Notes under the pieces: generated by a model | The model's database searches: none | What the model saw: the letters and a program-made list of their open reading frames with translations, nothing else | What the model was told of the DNA's origin: nothing | Made by a program: the position numbers and the translations under genes | Source of the DNA: Lepidodermella squamata | Taxonomy: Eukaryota > Animalia > Gastrotricha | NCBI GenBank assembly: GCA_047495785.1 | Contig: JBLDXI010000030.1 | Coordinates: forward strand, 1,426,001 to 1,490,000 | DNA length: 64,000 nucleotides | Direction of reading: 5' to 3' | Shown here: positions 35,173-48,858 of the stretch, piece after piece | How positions within the stretch are numbered: the stretch's first letter is position 1 | Layout of the letters: each line of letters opens with the position of its first letter

Positions 35173-36434
35173 CACCTGTCCCGATTAACATAGCGCAGCC
35201 TGTTTTTCCTACAAAAGTGGGATTTATTTTACGCAATTTTTTGTTAATTAAGTCGCTGTTAATTCTTAAAAATAATTTTATCTCATCAAAATAGTTATCG
35301 GAAAAATAAAATAAGAGTAACGCGACCTTGACTAGCCGTTGCCATGGTAACGGGCGACGCCGACGTAAAAATTTCTCGTGTTCGAGGTTCAACCAGCAAC
35401 CCAAGGTCTGAACTCGGGTTTTGATGCATTTTAATGCCGATTTTTCTTGGCAGCAGTCGGAGATGTGCTTATTCTACCTGCTTGTCACTTCAAACCAGGT
35501 TACTGAAGGTTCTAAAATGGAACTAACAGGTTCCAGCGATCAAGAATAACTGAAAACTGAAGGAAATGAACCCAAGTGATGTTTCATGCAAGAATTTGCT
35601 AAGGCTTCATAGAGCAAAATCGAGGCTTTTTGAGGGCAATTGAGTAAAATTGTGAAAATTTTATTGATTCGTCATGTTTAAAGGCAGTTTGAGCTAAAAA
35701 GGATCACAATAAGACGAGAGTTGCGAGATGAATTATTACGAAGCAAGGAACAATCAAGTTGGAAGTTAGATAAAGTTTGAGAAAGTTATTCCGGCGGACG
35801 TGCAGCGTAACTTGTGATGTAACAAGACGAGCGATTATACGCTCTGGTGGATTTGACAAATTGTTGGCCAGGCGACAAATCTAAGAAGCTGGCAGAATCC
35901 GATTTTCTTTCAATTTCGGCAGTTTCCGAAGGACAGCTAGGTGATATCGAGGTATCGTCGCGGATTCGCCGATCGTCTGCGATAGACTTGTTGAATTTCC
36001 AATCTTCAATCGACCAATTTTCATCTTGCAATAGGTATTCGCCAATCGAGAGGTGATTTGGTTCCTATGAACAGAAGAATATTTCCAGTTTTAATTATTT
36101 TTGAAAAAAATGAATCAAGCAAGACCCGCAAAGTTTCACAGCTCAAAAGCAAAGTTTATAATATGAAGCACAAAATTCATCAACATTCATGATCTGAATT
36201 ATGGAAAAATTCAAGATAATATCTGTAAATTCCGACACGCCATAATTAAGGTGGGCTGTTGATGAGGCTCAAGCCGAAATACGAGCTGAACTCTGGGTTA
36301 AAGAATGTGAAATCGACTAGTTTCAGCAAGGATAAAAGTGAAATCAGTGACAAATTTTGATAGAACAAAGAATAAAGACCTAGCCAAATCATCTATCATA
36401 GCATGAGCTTTCCTAACGGAAATCGTAATGTATA

Positions 36435-37388
36435 TGTCGTATCGCAATGAGCAATTCTTCCAATTGCCGATAGAGATATCTCTAACCCCGATCTGCCCAA
36501 GATAGCTGCATAGCCTAAAGAGATATCTCTATGGCAATAAATAGTGGTTCATAGAGATATCTCATTGAGCAATAATTTTACTACGACACGTGCCGTTTAG
36601 GAGACACGCGTTTAGGTTTTTATAAGTTTTTAATACAAAAAAATTTAGAAAACATTTATCAAAGTAGTTTAAATCAGAGACCCATATTATAATGCCTAAA
36701 GCTTTATTGCCCAAAGATTTAGCGGAGAATAGCGGAGATTTAGCTGTTCATCAAAGCCTGTAGTGAAAGTGGAAAGGTTGATGGTGTTACAGCCGATCGC
36801 AAGCACAACCTGAGGCATTTGTTTTGCGTTGTTGGCGGTAAACTGAAGTACCGAGAAGCCGAACAAAAACAAGCCGAAAATTTGCATGTTCTGGTGATGG
36901 ACACCTTCTTGGAACGCGCAAAGAAGTACCACACCGAGAATAGCCACGCTGGATATAGCGCCGTAGTAGCCTTTTTTAAGCAGCGGTACTATGTTGTACC
37001 TTCAAGACCCCTGGAAGCCATGGTCTTGAAGGTACAACGTTGCGCATGTCGTAACTGGAAAGTTGGCAAGGTCCTGCAGCCTATGAAATGTGGTCCTTCC
37101 TGTTTATGCTCAAAAACTAATTTTTGCGAAAACAAGTAGTTGATGTGTTTTTCGACATCTATCGATGAGTTTGAGTAATGAAAATGAAGAAGATGTGAAT
37201 AGAATGATTTATTTTTAATATTTCGTTAATAAACGTCGACATTATGTGTTATTGCTCTAAGAGATATCTCAATCGGCAATAATTTATTGACAATTTATTA
37301 ATTTGCTCAAAGGAGGCCCCCTTTAAGCAATTGCTAATAGAGATATCTCTATCGTCAATTGGAAGAAATTGCTCATTGCGATACGACA
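36435..37388 (+). mobile_element. Internally deleted Ginger2/TDD-type DNA transposon
   Basis: TGT...ACA termini with about 45-bp TIRs and TATA on both sides. The internal remnant has an integrase zinc-finger start (YHTENSHAGYSAVVAFFKQRYY) fused to a Cys tail ending CLC..TNFCENK; no DDE core is present. Confidence 0.72.
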
Positions 37389-40300
37389 TATACATGATCC
37401 TAGAAATTTAGCTACGCTTGGCTGATTTAAGATTCGTATTAAAGTCAATATTAGCTGAGTGAAAATATAAAGAATCTCAGTCTTGAAAAACTCGAAAACG
37501 TCTTGAAAACGAAAATTGGATGATTCTGATTCCTAAATAAAAATATGAGGAATAATGTGTGGTTGCCGTATTTTTTACGAAATTAATTGACAAATAAAAT
37601 GGGGCCAACATTATAGAAAAAAGTTGGAAGCTCAATGGTTCCAAGCACCACGTAGAATGTTGGAATTGATCACGGCCGCCTACGAATACAAAAATGGCAT
37701 AACGTAAGATGGATCTTCAAGACTGAATTTTCCGAATCCTTACCAAATTAATCCAAGAAATTAAAAAAAAAAGCTGAAGTCACCTTAATTGAATTGAATT
37801 GAATTAAACTGAACGGCAAGATATTCTTAGGTATTAATTGTTAACTTATAATTAATTTTAAAAATAATAGGGAAGAGTGGAATTTTTTTCATAGTCGCAT
37901 CGCATTAAATTTCTCGATAAAAATCTAAGCGAAAAAATTACTGCTACCAGCCTACCTTTCACAAGGCAGTTTCAACTGCAAATTTGTCTCGTCTAGAAAA
38001 TGAAGTTCTCGCCAGCCTGCGACGTCTCAGTGACCACTGAAGGCTCAAATTTGACTTGGAACAGCAACTCCGTCACGGTTGAGTGATCGCGGGGTGTCTG
38101 ATAATCTCGTTTCCGGATCGAAATTTTGAAATCGAGCCGCAGGATAATATACTGAGAATTTGAGAATATGCCAACAGTCCGGACGTAGTTCGAATTAACT
38201 TTCGGTCTCGTTTCGACTCTTCGACTCGCTTCCATAAATTTAACCAGCTAGTCTCGGGTCTCAGCGGGTAGGGTTGCCTGTGATAAAATTAGAAAAAATA
38301 TTATTGTTTGAATTTATTAATTTTGCCACAGAACGAACTGTACTTAAATTATTATTTGAAGTTCGAAGCCTTCACGTCACGCCTAAATAAATCTAAGCTC
38401 CTCAGGGGCATAAAGAAAAAGCGTTTCGGAGGGGAATAATAAGCTGAAAATAACCGAAACCTTTCTTGAATAATTCAAGTAAAATCAAGAGTGAGAGATA
38501 TCATGGCTTAAATATCGACTGCTTGCGTTAAACTAAACTAAATAAATTCGCAAAGCACGCGAATAAAAAATTCCCCACCCGTTTCTCAAATTAATAAAAT
38601 AAAAAATGGATTTGAGGCATCAAATTAGGAAGCTTGCCTATTGTCAGGTCACCTGTAACAGAATCGACCGGCTTTAGCATTTCCAAATCCGCATTTCCGA
38701 TCAACAAAAAACGGCATCGGCCAATCGCTGCAGCGCTAATTTGGTCACGGATGACTGACTTCGATCCGGTGATCGCTCGATCCGACCGCGCTCCCTTCAC
38801 AGTTGAGCATTTTTCAAGCCTGAATGCTTTTGGAGATTTCGCTGAATTCAGTGTCACCGAATTGAGGTCGGTTGCTGTTGATTAGACTGTCATGTTCCTG
38901 GTTCCTGGCCATAAATGGTACAACAGGCAGCCGAGTGCAATGCCTGAATTTCCAAAATTTTCGAATTTAATTGCGAATTGTTGGCCAGCCTCTCCCCGAG
39001 TCAAACGCCGGCCATGGAAACCTCATGCCTTGATCAAGCGTATTTTATCTATAAAAAATAGCGTAAAAATTAAAAAATAATAAAATAAGAGGCGCGGTGA
39101 CATTATTAGAATTAGCATATTGAAGAAGAACGTAAAATGCCTATGAAAAATAAGCGTCAACAAATTTACTGGTGCTTCGCGTTTGAAGCTGGTATTTTTA
39201 AATATTATTTTTACGTTGTTTTTTCCTGTTACGATAGAATCAGTCTTCATTTTCGGGAATTTTTCAAATACAGTTTATGAATTTTGGAAAAGGCTCGACG
39301 GCTCTACTTCACGCCTGAATGAATCACATTTTTTAACTAATTAACGTAAAATTTAGGGAAGCTCAAGAGTGGGAGATGTCATGGGCGATATAACAACAGC
39401 TAAAAAATTCAAAAAATTGTTAAAAAATTCAAAAATTCATGTACGCTAATTGATGATTCAATGCCTGTTTCCCAATCATTGTAAGGGCAATATTCGGAAA
39501 AATAAAAAAATAGCTCACCGTCACCAGATCACTAGCACCAAACTTGATCCATTGAAACTTGAGGCTGGGCCTGGTTCCAACCCAATGCTTCCCCAAGAAG
39601 GTAGCAGAAGAGAACAACAACAACGCCACCAACTGCGACGCTAATGTAGTAACGGCTGGCTGAATTTGATGGCAATCGCACTGACCGCGCTGCGTTCGCA
39701 GTAAAATTGCGGGAAAATAGGTCGTTTTTCAATGAGAAATTGGCGCAGTAGATACTGATGCATTTCGGGTTATCGCTGAGTTGAGTCTGATGCCGATTTG
39801 ACCGAATGAAGCTCGAGAGCTACAATGCCTTGCCGGGCAATCGAAGAGAACGATTACCGAAACAGTATTCGATTTCTACGAAATTTTCACGGTTGAATGG
39901 TTGCGGCGAATTCGCTTGATTCAGTCTTACCGAGTTGAGTTGTAATTTTTCAATTCCTGAACTTCTGGCGGCTGTGCCGGTAATCGCAGAAATTTCTAAA
40001 AAAAGAAAAATAAGAATCTTAATGAAAGCCCGTTATTTGACGGGGATACCGACGGGCATGATGAGGCCAGAAATCGAATAAAATAATGAATGTTAAAGTG
40101 CGAAAAATAGGCAGTCCAGTAAACATATTATGTGATTTCAATTTTGAATTGATATGGAAAATTATAGCCCGCCAAACACTGCCGAACAGAATGTCAACAC
40201 TCTTGCCACTATTTTTAACACGTTGAAGGATAATTCGTCGGTAATAATCGTCAAAGAATTACGACTGGGGCATTTTTCACATCGACCCCACAGCACATAG

Positions 40301-43145
40301 TAATTCAAAATATAGGTGATAAAAATAAAAATCATAAAATTAAATTATATAAAAATAAATAGTAAAAATGCGCGTTAAAAAAACGCTGAAAAAAATTGTT
40401 TCATTTTTGACGACGATCGACGTAAAGACGAGATTCGGCGTTCACCCATTTATTGCCTAGATTTTATGGCTTTTCCCTTTTCCCTTTCATTTTTCTGTTA
40501 ACCGCAATTCGAAAATTGATGCGGTATTATTTTCCAAGAGAAAAAATGGTGATAATCCGAGCACACAGTTAGGTCGACATGCAAAAAATCCAGTCGAAAA
40601 ATTAGTCTCGTTTTTCATTGTGAGTGAAGCATATTACGTAACACTACTGGCGGAGGAGTATTTTTTCATTGTGAAACCGAACCCCCTCCGAACCCCCTCC
40701 AGCTTCTCGCATGTTTAGTACTAGCGTGATTCACTCTGAGGGATTAGCGAGCTCAAAGCGACTTTTTTTCACTGCATTCAAAACTCCAATTTCAAGCTTT
40801 CTACCCACATTTTGGAATTTTTTGGCAAAGTTTCGGAATTCTTGAATAAACTTCACTAACTACTACTATTGATTATGCTCAATCACGCTGTCATGTTTTT
40901 TTCTTGAAAAAACCGCAAATTTCTAGACTTTTTCTACTTTGAAATTTCTTTTTTAAAAAGACATTTTGATGATAATTTTGTGGTTATTCTTACTAGCAGA
41001 CGACTAGGCAAAGTTAAAAGGCGTCATTTTTATCATATTTGAGATTTCTGGCTCCAAGGAAAGTGATAGTTTAAATTAATTTATTTTTTGTAGACTGTCT
41101 ATTGCAATAAAGACAGAAAACTTACTTAGTCATCAACTTCGCGTCCGATAGTTGCAGGAATTCGTAGCGTAAAATAGGTAACTGATAACCTCACAAAACT
41201 ATTAAAATATAGGTAGATGTGCTACCAATGAAAAAGCTTTCGATTTTATGAAACTTGTGGTCATAAGAGACAAATAGAAATATAATGATGAATTATAGGA
41301 AAACCGCCGCACATCTTGCAACATTCATAGCTTTAGCGACGATTTCAAGGTTGCAGGGGTAGAAAAAATCGAAAATTAGCCAAGAGCAATTAAATACTTT
41401 AATTAAAAATACGAAAATTATAAGCATCCAAAATCGAAGAATTCATAACCCGCAATCACGAAATCGGACGTTTGTAAATAATCCGATTGCGCAACAATGG
41501 TCAGAAGCTAGTCGCAGTACGAGCAACTAATTCTGGAAAATCAAATTATTCTTTATCCTCAGTCCCTAGCAGGTAATAGAATAGCATGAGGAAGTTTCTT
41601 CGCTTTTAGACTGGCACATTTCGTCAGACACGAGACCCTTGCCTGTCGCTTTCTTTATTACGTTCAATTATAGAAAAAGCCGCGTGACCTCAGCGCGCAG
41701 AAAAACCATCATCATTATCATCGCGCTGCACTTACATCGCTGCGGCCACTTTGCGTTAAATTTCTGGTGTTATATGACTCGCCTTGCTTGATGGGTCGTT
41801 GTTTTCATTGAAATAATATTTCATCCTGAACTACTTAATGGCATTTTCTTGGCGTGATGAATTGCCAAAGGTAAAAAAATCAGAAAGTGTTGTAAAACTT
41901 CTAAAAATGTAATCAAATAGGCATAAGCCGCTCTTCGAAGTCCCATTCCCTTTCACTGAAAATTTTCATTTAAATTCGATCCAAAATTTAACTGCGTGCA
42001 TAATGTTCAACCTTCAAGCGTATACGCCGAGAACTAGGCCGGACTGGGTATTTTCTGATTTTTTATTAAATTTATTTTTTATCAGGGGATTTTTTCTCAA
42101 TTTTTATTTCTCAATTTTTTTCGTGCGTCTTCTTCATTGTGCGAACTTGGAGTTGTTGCGCACTTATTTTCACGTAACAATCCAATCGTCACAATTGTCT
42201 TACTGCCACATGCCACATGCCGTTCATCCTTCATTCGATTATTTATCTGATTTTAGAATTTTTCATTTTTCGCTTTTTGATCACGGCTCACGGCACTTAC
42301 TGATGCAAGGTTGTTCATTCGCAGGCCAATGCGGCCGTTTAGTCACACCGTTAGTCCAGTTGTGTTACGGCAATGCTAACTAGCAATCAAAGCTGACCTC
42401 AGCTGTTTTCTCAAGGTAAATTTCTCAAATTTTGATCATCAGACGCGGAAATTATGTCCGTCTATCCGTTTCATATCAAACAGTAATAATGATTTCAGCC
42501 CCAAAGTTGGCGGAAACCATTTTATTTTGTAATGTATATTGCTTATGAGGAATTTTATTGTTTGCCATCTGGAATAAATCTATCTCAAATTACTTGCGTG
42601 CCTAGGCCCTAGAAAACTCCTACTGCATAAGAGCCAAATTTTTAACCTAGTACCCTGTTCCCAGCTATACTGTTACGGCGCCTTCATGGATGAAAAATTG
42701 AAATGTATTTTATTCGTATCATTGTTTAGATTGGATAGCAGCTGATCGACTGGTAGAGCTTCGACCGATGAGTGTGACGACACAGGCTTACTGGCTTCCG
42801 ATATCGCTAGTCATTACTCGGTAATTTATCAGATTTTTTACTTATTTTTCGAGAAATTTCCCGAATTTTTCCAATTGCCTTGATCCTCGATGTTATTTAA
42901 ACTTCAAAATTTCAAATAATTAAATTTTAAATGGGTCCTCCTTTTAGCGGAACCACATTTTAGAATTTTCTAGTGGCCTGAAAGCGCTTTTTGGATATTT
43001 CTTGCGGGTCAAGATTGGCCACAATAATTGTAGAAAAATCACCAGTAAATTAAACGCAACATTTTTTATAAAACAGAGTTTTCAATTCAGAATCCATCCT
43101 TCGCCTGAAATTCGTAGAATTATTCAAAAAATGTTTTTTGGTATA

Positions 43146-43361
43146 CAGGGTGGCCAAAAAATTCCGCTGAGCGGGAATTTTATGCGCACCATGTTAATGA
43201 GGAGTTTCAAGAAATTCCATTGGCAAAAGAATGCTTCTTAAAAATTTTCAACTGCTTAAAACTCCTCAATGAATTGATGCGCATCGAATTCCTTGACCCG
43301 AAAGAAATATCCAAATAAAAGCGATCCAAAAAGCGCTCTGCGGAATTTTTTGGCCACCCTG
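43146..43361. mobile_element. Tc1/mariner-type MITE
   Basis: TIRs CAGGGTGGCCAAAAAATTCCGC and GCGGAATTTTTTGGCCACCCTG, flanked by TA on both sides. Confidence 0.85.
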
Positions 43362-43370
43362 TATTTCGAC

Positions 43371-43465
43371 TTTGGTTCCGCAAAAAGCAAATTTGTTTCC
43401 GCTACAGCATTTTTGGTTCCGATAAAGCAAATTTGGTTCCGCTCACCGTAGCTTTGGTTCCGCTA
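43371..43465. repeat. Short degenerate tandem repeat (TTTGGTTCCGC core, about 20-bp period, 5 copies)
   Basis: TTTG(G/T)TTCCG recurs at about 43371, 43391, 43412, 43432 and 43453. Confidence 0.7.
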
Positions 43466-46400
43466 AAAGATATTCCGATTTTAAATTAAATATTTTAAAT
43501 TAAATATTTTTTTAATTTCTGATTTTATTTCAGCTGTCATTCCTGCATGCTATCGAATCAACGCCAAGCTATGGAAGATTCGATTGAGGTGCGTGCGATC
43601 AAAAACCGAGCAATAATTTCCAGCCAGTGCTGAATTTCTTTATGGTCGCCATATACCCAAGATTTTCTAATTCTTCTATAATTTGTGATTTTCTGTTACT
43701 TGATTCCATAATTATAGCCCTTATTGAAGATGTCACAGATCAGCACTGAGAGCTGCGGTTATACGGCTTTGAAGAATAATAAATTGGAACCCAGCTCTCA
43801 GCAAGATTTGAGGCTCCGACTCGTGAACTTGCCGCTCGAGACGCAAAAACTGCGTAATCCGTGAATCCAAAGCAAACATTGCTATGAACTGTGTTGCTGG
43901 AGCCTCAATTGTAACGTGACCCCCGAGTATCGGCAGAAAGTGCAAATCGATATCATACCTGAATAGGGCTCAAAATCGGCACTGGGATGTCCGACTTTCA
44001 AGGACTTGTTACGCCTAAATGCTAGAATTAACTTGCCCACTTGAATAGTTGCCCACACTGACTGTAATACGTCTGCAATACTGCAATACTGTAATACTGA
44101 TTAGCGACGGCCAAAAATTACCCATTTTTTAGCCACTTTGAGCAGGTCTGAATTTGATGAGACACGCTCTAGTGAATAGGAATTTTGCACTGTAATCGAT
44201 CACACTATCTACGTGAAACATTACTGTTTTCAAAACGACTGCGACGTTTACTCTTCGTTTAAATTACTTCTGATAACAGTTTTGAAATTGTACCAGTTTT
44301 CGAAGAACAATTCAGCGATAACCTGTGAGTAGGTGATGTTGAAATTTACGTTACGCGTGAGTGGTTTAATCATGTATGAATTTTTTACGTCCTCATCGGC
44401 ATTTTATTCGGCCTGTCACCCTTTTCCTACAAGATTGTACTTATGTCTCATTGTGGAGAAAATAATGCACAATTCCTATTTATTTTGTAAACGTTGAATT
44501 CGGAAAGTGCGATAATAATTAAACGTTAACTTTTTCTGGTTCCTCTATCAGTCAAATTGGTCAACAGATCTCTGAGAAGTTCAAACTTATGTTGTGTTTA
44601 CGAAAATTATGCCTCGTGATTCCCAACTATGGCTATAATTTTTCGCGCGTTGAAAAAATGTAAAAAAATATAGGTAGAAAAATATTACACCTATCGTCTG
44701 TCTCGACAAATTTTGTACACATTTTTCAATGTTTCAAAGAATTCTTGTTTATATTCTGTTTTTTCCTTATTCTGATACACGTAGAAAAAATCATCGCCGG
44801 CCGTAAACATTATCTCAATTGATTTCAATTCGCTTTCATTCCGCCAAAAGTTTCCTCGATTGATTTTATTAATTTCCCATTAAATAATGTGGCTGATAAT
44901 CAAATCAGATATTTCATCGGTCTAATGCCTCTAATGCCTATTTATTGCTCTTTCCCGCTTCTTTTCTCTAAGTGTTGAGACCCAATTTTGGCGTCACTAT
45001 GCTCGATTTTGAGGAAACTTTCACTTCAGAAATCTCGTTGTAAGTTGTCGAATGACTCAAAGCTTACTGAATATTAATATCTCGTGGGAATTATGCGGTT
45101 TCAAAATAATCATTTTATCATTCCTTGCTTATCATTCCTTGCAATATTTTGCTTCTATCTTCAATTGCCTTTTTATTTTCACCGCGATGGCAGGCCGAAA
45201 TAAAATGAAATTGCTGATTTATCAGTGGCGTAATTTTGTTCGAACCGGTGCTATTGAGGTAACCGTATCCGCGGATGCAGCAGGTACTAACAGGCTCCAA
45301 ATCACCTCAAAACACCTTGAAATTGAAGAATCAGCCAAGAATTGCGGAGAATCGCGGAGAAAACTTCCATTCTTACACTACAGCCACAAAATGTTCTGAT
45401 GACTAAATGATGATTCATCGTTAATCCAAAGGAAAAACCGGCTGCGCTATGAAATAAATAACGTGACCGGAAGCAAGTGAAAAGGGGGCTAAGGAATGTT
45501 CTGTTTTTTCAGCAAATGGCAAAGAGTGTGATGACTTGAAGAAGGGTGATCCTTGGATTCCAAGATGTTCTTGCTCAGGTTTTCTTGATGACTTTAAATT
45601 TTCGAATTTCAGACCTCTAGAATGCTCCCATCCTCCTTAAAACATGGAAAACCCCAGCGTTGCCCCGAAAAGTGTTATTGATTCAGCTTGCCGTAGAGAC
45701 ACTAGGTCCCAACAAAAATCTTTAGCGAGATTCCTCCAACATTTCGACTGTGCTTAAGTAAGTAACTTAAGAATTTATTGCGTTGGGGATTTTTTAATGA
45801 TACAACGAAATAGGAAAGAAATTGGAAACGCAGGGGATTCCATAGTGAATTTATTCGAGCTGTTATTGCAAAAAGCGCGGCATGCGACCACTTTTTATGC
45901 CACCCGTCATAATTTTAATTAATTTCAAAAAATAAAACAACAACAGGTACCTCTTTCAAAAATGTTGAATCTCTGCTCACAAATACTAAAAGCGGCCCTC
46001 TACCAGGCACACTTTTGGTGTTCCCTTATGGATAATTTTCTAAAATTCGCAAACATAGCTATAATTGGGGATTTTGGGCAAAATTGCCATTCTTCTGCCG
46101 CGGTTGGCTCTTCCAGGATTTTTTTTATTTGAAAAAATCAGTTTATCCATGTTGAGAATTTTCTCTATCCGACGATTTAAAAATTGTCGTTTAATTAATT
46201 TATTTCGATTTTCCGATTATTTTTGGCCTCGCTAATGGACTTCGAATTCTCTCACGGCGTTGGTCCGTTCAGAGAAATTCTTGAAAATAATAATTTCTGG
46301 CGCCAAAAATTCATTTGAAATTCATGTGAAAAATTCATAGATGAGTCATTTTTTGTCAAGCTTTGTACAAGTTTTAGCTGTGTTGTTTTGGCTTATTTTG

Positions 46401-46830
46401 CTTGCAAACAATTAAATTTCGCTCCTTTAGCTGTTCCGATTAAAATAGGCAAAACCACATTGGGAAAATTTCAGGGTTTACCTCAAATTTCACCGATGGT
46501 AATAATATCAAACGATCGAAAATTAAGCATATGCTAATCGGTTTGTCTGAAACTAGGTCAAAATTATTGGTAATCAGTCAAATAAATAATAAAATAAAAA
46601 TAATGACCCCTGTGCATTCTATTCCCCCTCTGCGGCTTTTATGACCATTACCCTTTATTTTAAGGTGACACATAATAATAAAAACCGGACAGCAACATTG
46701 ACGTACTCTTCTTCGAAGTATCAAAAAATCGAAAAATAACTTTTTTTACAGGTTTTATTTTCAAGTAAGTTCTCATAAGAAGAGAATAATTTGCAAAGAA
46801 ATTAGGTCAATAGTTCACGGTTGGCTGAAT

Positions 46831-48858
46831 TCAGCGCTTTCTGAATACCACCGCAATCGTAGCCATTGTACCAGCGAACTTTTTCGGCTCAGCAGCTACA
46901 ACGCGTCGATGTTCGGCCAGCAACTTGCCGATAACCGCCGATTTTTCCGCCTCACTGCGCTTCTCATCCAACCCGTCACGGATGAACGGTTCGACAACCG
47001 CCGCGACAAAATCGACAAATTCACGCGCGAAAACTTCAGAATCGCCATGTTCAAGGTACCGTTGATACACCCAATAGTACTCTTCCGGCATGTTTTCCGC
47101 GACCAAAAGTTCAAGGCCCAATTTTTCGTACAAATCGCACCGATCTGCAATGTCCTCGAGACTTCGCCGCATGACTGGAACTTGAAATTTCAGCGATTCT
47201 TGCCTCGAAATAACGCCTTGATGTACCAATCTTTCAACTGCTGTTTTGACGCCGCCGGCGAAAGCTTGGTCATTCGAGCCTTTCGACATGACATTAGCGA
47301 CCAGAATTCCGCCCTTGACCAGTTCCTTCGAACGAGCTGTTATGAAGGTTTCCCAGTCTTTAGCCGCTTGTTGCTTGTAGATGTGGTAGATTTTCGTGTC
47401 TTCATTAACGTGCCATGGTGATATCATGACTTCGTCGAAGCTTTCCATCGGTAGTTTCGATAGCCAATGCAAAGCGCTGCTTGAAAAGGCGAATTGAAGG
47501 CTGTTGTTGGGCAGAATTTGCTCGTAAAAGCTAAGACCGGCGGCTACGGCAAAAACTCCTGGAAACAAATGCACAATTTGTCATCAATTTTTCATGAATA
47601 GTGGTATAAATTAAATTCCATTCAATTTAAAAAATTAATTGCCAAATCAGAAAATTAATCAAATCAAATAAATTATTCAGATGAATTTTCGAGAATTAAG
47701 AAATGAGACGATACATTTCGCTTGAAATTCGAGCTAATAGAATAATTTTCCGTTTAGATTGAAATAAATTGAATTTAAAATTTAAAAATCTTCGATACTT
47801 CAAAATTTCTCTGAAGGAATTTTGGTTGGGGTGAATTAGAATTTTCAACAATTTCAACAATTTCAAAATTAAATTTATTTATTAAATTTCATTAGCTAAA
47901 TTAGCTAATCAAATTAGTGAATCAAATCTGGAGTCAAGTTGAATGTTTTTGAATTTTAATAAATTTCAATTAAAAATTCAAAAGCCTATTATTCCTATTA
48001 TGAAAAAATCAGAAAATCAGAAAAAGTAAATTAGCTGAATTGTTTTGAAAAAAATCTGTTTTTTAGATCATTTCAAAATTGCCAGAATTGCGAGGCCAGA
48101 ATTTCAAATTTTGAAACTTTGAAATTGAAGATTTCTCCATTAAAGTTGTAGAATTTACCTGAAACTGGTTAGAAAATTAAGGCATTATTTCACCGCAACG
48201 CAAAATCGGTACCGCTTTTGTTCACAGTTTCGAATTCAATTTTCACGGAATTCCTATCAATTTTCAATATTTTGAAATTATTCAGGTAAAATTTAAACCG
48301 ACAGAAATACCTTTCAGCAGAATAAAATATTCTTGAAATAATTTCAAAATAATAATTTTAAAGTTGTTTCAAATATTGGCAATACTGTCTAAAGATCACG
48401 TCTACTTCGCAATAATTTATTTGGAATTTTATAGATTTTGAAAATTTTGAAACATAATTTAAAATTTTATTGAAAATTTGAAAATAACACGTCAATACCC
48501 AGGAAATACCTTTATGCTGTCGAATGTAGGAACTTTCCTCAGACTGCAGGTAGGTGAACAGCACTTGCCATTTATTGCGAGGCACATCTTCATGAACGGC
48601 CAAAATTTGTCCGGTCTTCTCATCGCCGTACTTGGCCCTCAGACCGGTGACAATCATCGACATGGCCTCGGAACTGTTAGCACCAGTGCTTGACCCGAAA
48701 TCGGCGATGATGAACGGCTGGTTGGCTGTAATATCGGCCGAGTGGTGCTTCAAGCCGGTTTCGATGTACGGCTTCGTAAGGCGGACGGTTTGCAGTTGAA
48801 CTTTCGAATGCGAGTTGTAGTCTTCACGCATGGCTGAAGCTGCGAATGGCGGACTCAT
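46831..48858 (-). CDS. SABATH-family (Methyltransf_7) SAM-dependent methyltransferase; exons 48858-48510, 47558-46831
   Basis: YNSHSKVQ, IADFGSSTGANS, HEDVPRNKW, GLSFYEQILPNNSL.FAFSSSALHWLSKLP and QAAKDWETFITARSKELVKGG match SABATH motifs; a 951-bp AT-rich GT-AG intron joins HKG|VFAVAAG, matching the intronless paralog. Confidence 0.9.

Noticed and set aside
37956-38277. A minus-strand frame interrupted only by TGA (possible selenoprotein or recoding)
   Set aside because: Neighbouring blocks contain TAG and TAA in the joined frames, no SECIS was recognised, and genuine genes here use all three stop codons normally.
42415-42475. Hammerhead-like CTGATGA-stem-GAAA on the minus strand
   Set aside because: Stem II is weak with a U-A closing pair, and no convincing stems I and III form around an NUH cleavage site.
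43371-43465. Regularly spaced short repeats as a CRISPR-like array
   Set aside because: The period is only about 20 bp with similar spacers, the context is eukaryotic, and there are no cas genes.
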